From NCBI RefSeq assembly GCF_001949145.1, contig NW_019091355.1, positions 1 through 54,502 of the forward strand: a DNA stretch of 54,502 bases, given 5' to 3'. The position numbers were made by a program, and so were the translations under genes. This document shows, one piece after another, positions 52,287 through 54,502 of this stretch (positions within the stretch are counted from its first letter, which is position 1; every line of letters starts with the position of its first letter). The notes under the pieces were generated by a model. That model ran no database searches, had not been told where the DNA came from, and worked only from the letters and a program-made list of their open reading frames with translations. The stretch is from Acanthaster planci (Eukaryota).

Positions 52287-54323
52287 ACTCTGCCATCTAC
52301 TTGGAAATTACAAGGGTTGGGTTGCATGCTACATGTAATTTCATATCATTGTTAATAATTTTAGCTTCGGACAGCGTCTTGCACAACTCTTTGTGATACC
52401 AATTTTTGCCGCTATTGAGCTGATATCTAGAGATACATCGATTTATTGCTCAGACACAATGCTCATTCACAGTGGTGTCACTGTGGTACTGCGTTGGAGT
52501 TCAAGGACCCAGTAAGAATACTTTATAGCTCAAAGCAATGTCAGATAAGTCTATCAACAGACAGCGCTGCTAGGCAGAATACGTAGGTGTGTTGGGAATC
52601 CCAAATGAAAAAGAAAAGCTCCCTATTGGTAAGAACCATGTACGGAACTGCAAATTGAAGTTTGTGGTGTTCATTATTTTGACTGACATAACCTTACAAT
52701 TTAAGTGGGGTTCATGTCCAACGCTGACCCCAACTTGGGTTTAGCGCCCGAAGGTATATTATCTTATTCCTAGCAGGATGTGACAAAACATTAATAGCCC
52801 CAATGAAATTCATATAATCTTGTGGACAGTCAAACGCAACTTTGTCCTTGAACTGAATTATTACCTTGTTGATATCAACGATCAAGACATGAGTATTGTG
52901 GTGTTCGTCATGATAAATACATTTCGACGCGCAACCTTTCAGTGTTAATGCGTCTAAACTAGAGAGTTTTAATTCGTGTAAAAATAATTATGAATTAGAA
53001 AATGAAATTGAGTATATTATATAACGAATGAAATTATGTTGTTTGAGTTGCTGTGTCAAGAGGGCTCTGAGCTAAAGTGCCATGGTTGATTAAAAGAGGG
53101 CGCTGTCTGCATGAAGCGGTTCTCAAGCTCCATTGAAAAAATAAAGGACTTTGCTCAACGAAAACTTATAAGTGAACATTCTTAAATTTAGAATTTCTAT
53201 GTGCGTATTTAAAACAAGTTGGAGAAACGTTATCTATCCATATATCGAAAGTTAGCAAGAGTTCTCACGTATGATCCTATGTGTATCATAAAAGCAAAAT
53301 TGCGTAGATATTAACTATAATTTCCGCGTCGTGGTTTCTTTTTTGTCAGAGCGTAAAACAGTTGTAAAGATTTATTTAATTTGATTTACAGCCATATGTG
53401 TATTCCTATCTACAAACTAGTGGGGAATGCTGAAAAAAAATCCCGAACCCTGCAGCAGTGGAACTGGAAAGCCTGGACGTTGACGTGAAAAGGGAGATAG
53501 GGGGGTGGATGCTTTCCCTTTTTGCCCTTTGTAACAACAATAATTCATGTATAACTTTACAGGACGTTTAGAAACTTACCCATACGTACATTTCTAAGAT
53601 GACGTTCCACATGCACGTATTTTCCAAACGAAATAATGTCCTTCGTTGACCGAGGGATTTTGATGAGTATAAGCGTGTTCCTTCCTCCACGGCAATTGCA
53701 AGGTTATATAGACGAGGTCTTCATTTGCCCAGCAAACTGTGGTTCCCAAATTGCAAATTAGCCGCTCTCCAAGTTGGTTGTTTGTCCCAAAAGTTCTTCA
53801 CTCTGTACAGTTAAATCAATAGCATTTTGTAACTTGAATCTGGAAAGTTGAATATAAATCCATGAGGTAATGAAGACAGTGTGCGCCCTTGCGATACAAT
53901 GATGGCGCCGACTACACGTGTGTGACTGCCTGCGCACACATTCTGCCCAGCAAAAGAGTGAGTTACACAATAAAATGGCTTTCACCTAGGATTAAAGCTT
54001 TTACGGCTAGTATGAACGGTGGACAATGGATCAAATTCATCTCATGACTCAAGCATCAGTAAAAACTTTCTGTGCTCTTGTATCACGTACAATGGTGGAG
54101 GCAGAGACGTGGTATAAGTCTCCTTAACCGAATTATTTATACAATTCAGGATGGAGTTTGAACTGCCCCGACAATTGCCGCTTTTCTGCTAGTCTTGCCC
54201 CAAGACTAGTTTTACTGTATTGACCGGTGTACGCGTGGGCGACATGCGCTGGCGAGTAATGCCGAATAGCAGTACCAGTAGAGGGCGCTATACTCACAAG
54301 AGACGAACTGACAGAAAAACATT

Positions 54324-54364
54324 GGCCGTTTCCAATATTAAACTTCGGCTCCGTCTCAGGCTGA
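54324..54364. mobile_element. Single terminus of the GGCCGTTT(T)CCAATA MITE family (copy 3)
   Basis: ggccgtttccaatattaaacttcggctccgtctcaggct matches the reverse complement of the right end of 25734-25977. Confidence 0.7.
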
Positions 54365-54369
54365 AACTG

Positions 54370-54502
54370 TTTTGGGTTTTTTGTTTTGTTTGTTTGTTGT
54401 GTTGTTGGGGTGTTTGTTGGGTTGTTGGGTTGTTTGTTTGTTTGTTTGTTTGTTTGTTTGTTTGTTTGTTGGGGTGTTGGGGGTGTTTGTTTGTTTGTTT
54501 GT
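54370..54502. repeat. (GTTT)n / GT-rich microsatellite
   Basis: Visible GTTT tetramer run to the end of the window. Confidence 0.95.

Overview
Eukaryotic (animal, most likely invertebrate) genomic window from a gapped draft scaffold; the species cannot be identified from the sequence. I reconstructed four spliced genes by hand, each with GT-AG introns and consistent phases: a Dickkopf of Dkk1/2/4 type (minus, 3 exons, 357 aa, with a long acidic tail), an annexin A7/A11-like gene (plus, 13 coding exons, 559 aa), a BMP9/10 (GDF2/BMP10)-type ligand (minus, 2 exons, 474 aa) and a BMP3/GDF10-type ligand (plus, 3 exons, 483 aa). The two BMP genes are head-to-head, with ATGs about 1.3 kb apart. Between the annexin and the BMP genes lies an orphan ORF with a coiled coil and an N-myristoylation-like start. 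A probable decayed multi-exon gene lies head-to-head with the annexin. The rest is an ~880-bp tandem element punctuated by degenerate (CCCTAA)n tracts, an RTE-type LINE 3' fragment, several MITEs, mini/microsatellites and two assembly gaps. The most notable signal is the compact Dkk-annexin-BMP9/10-BMP3 block, which looks like a single-copy version of gene neighbourhoods spread over vertebrate paralogous chromosomes. No prokaryotic-type systems (CRISPR, operons) are supported.
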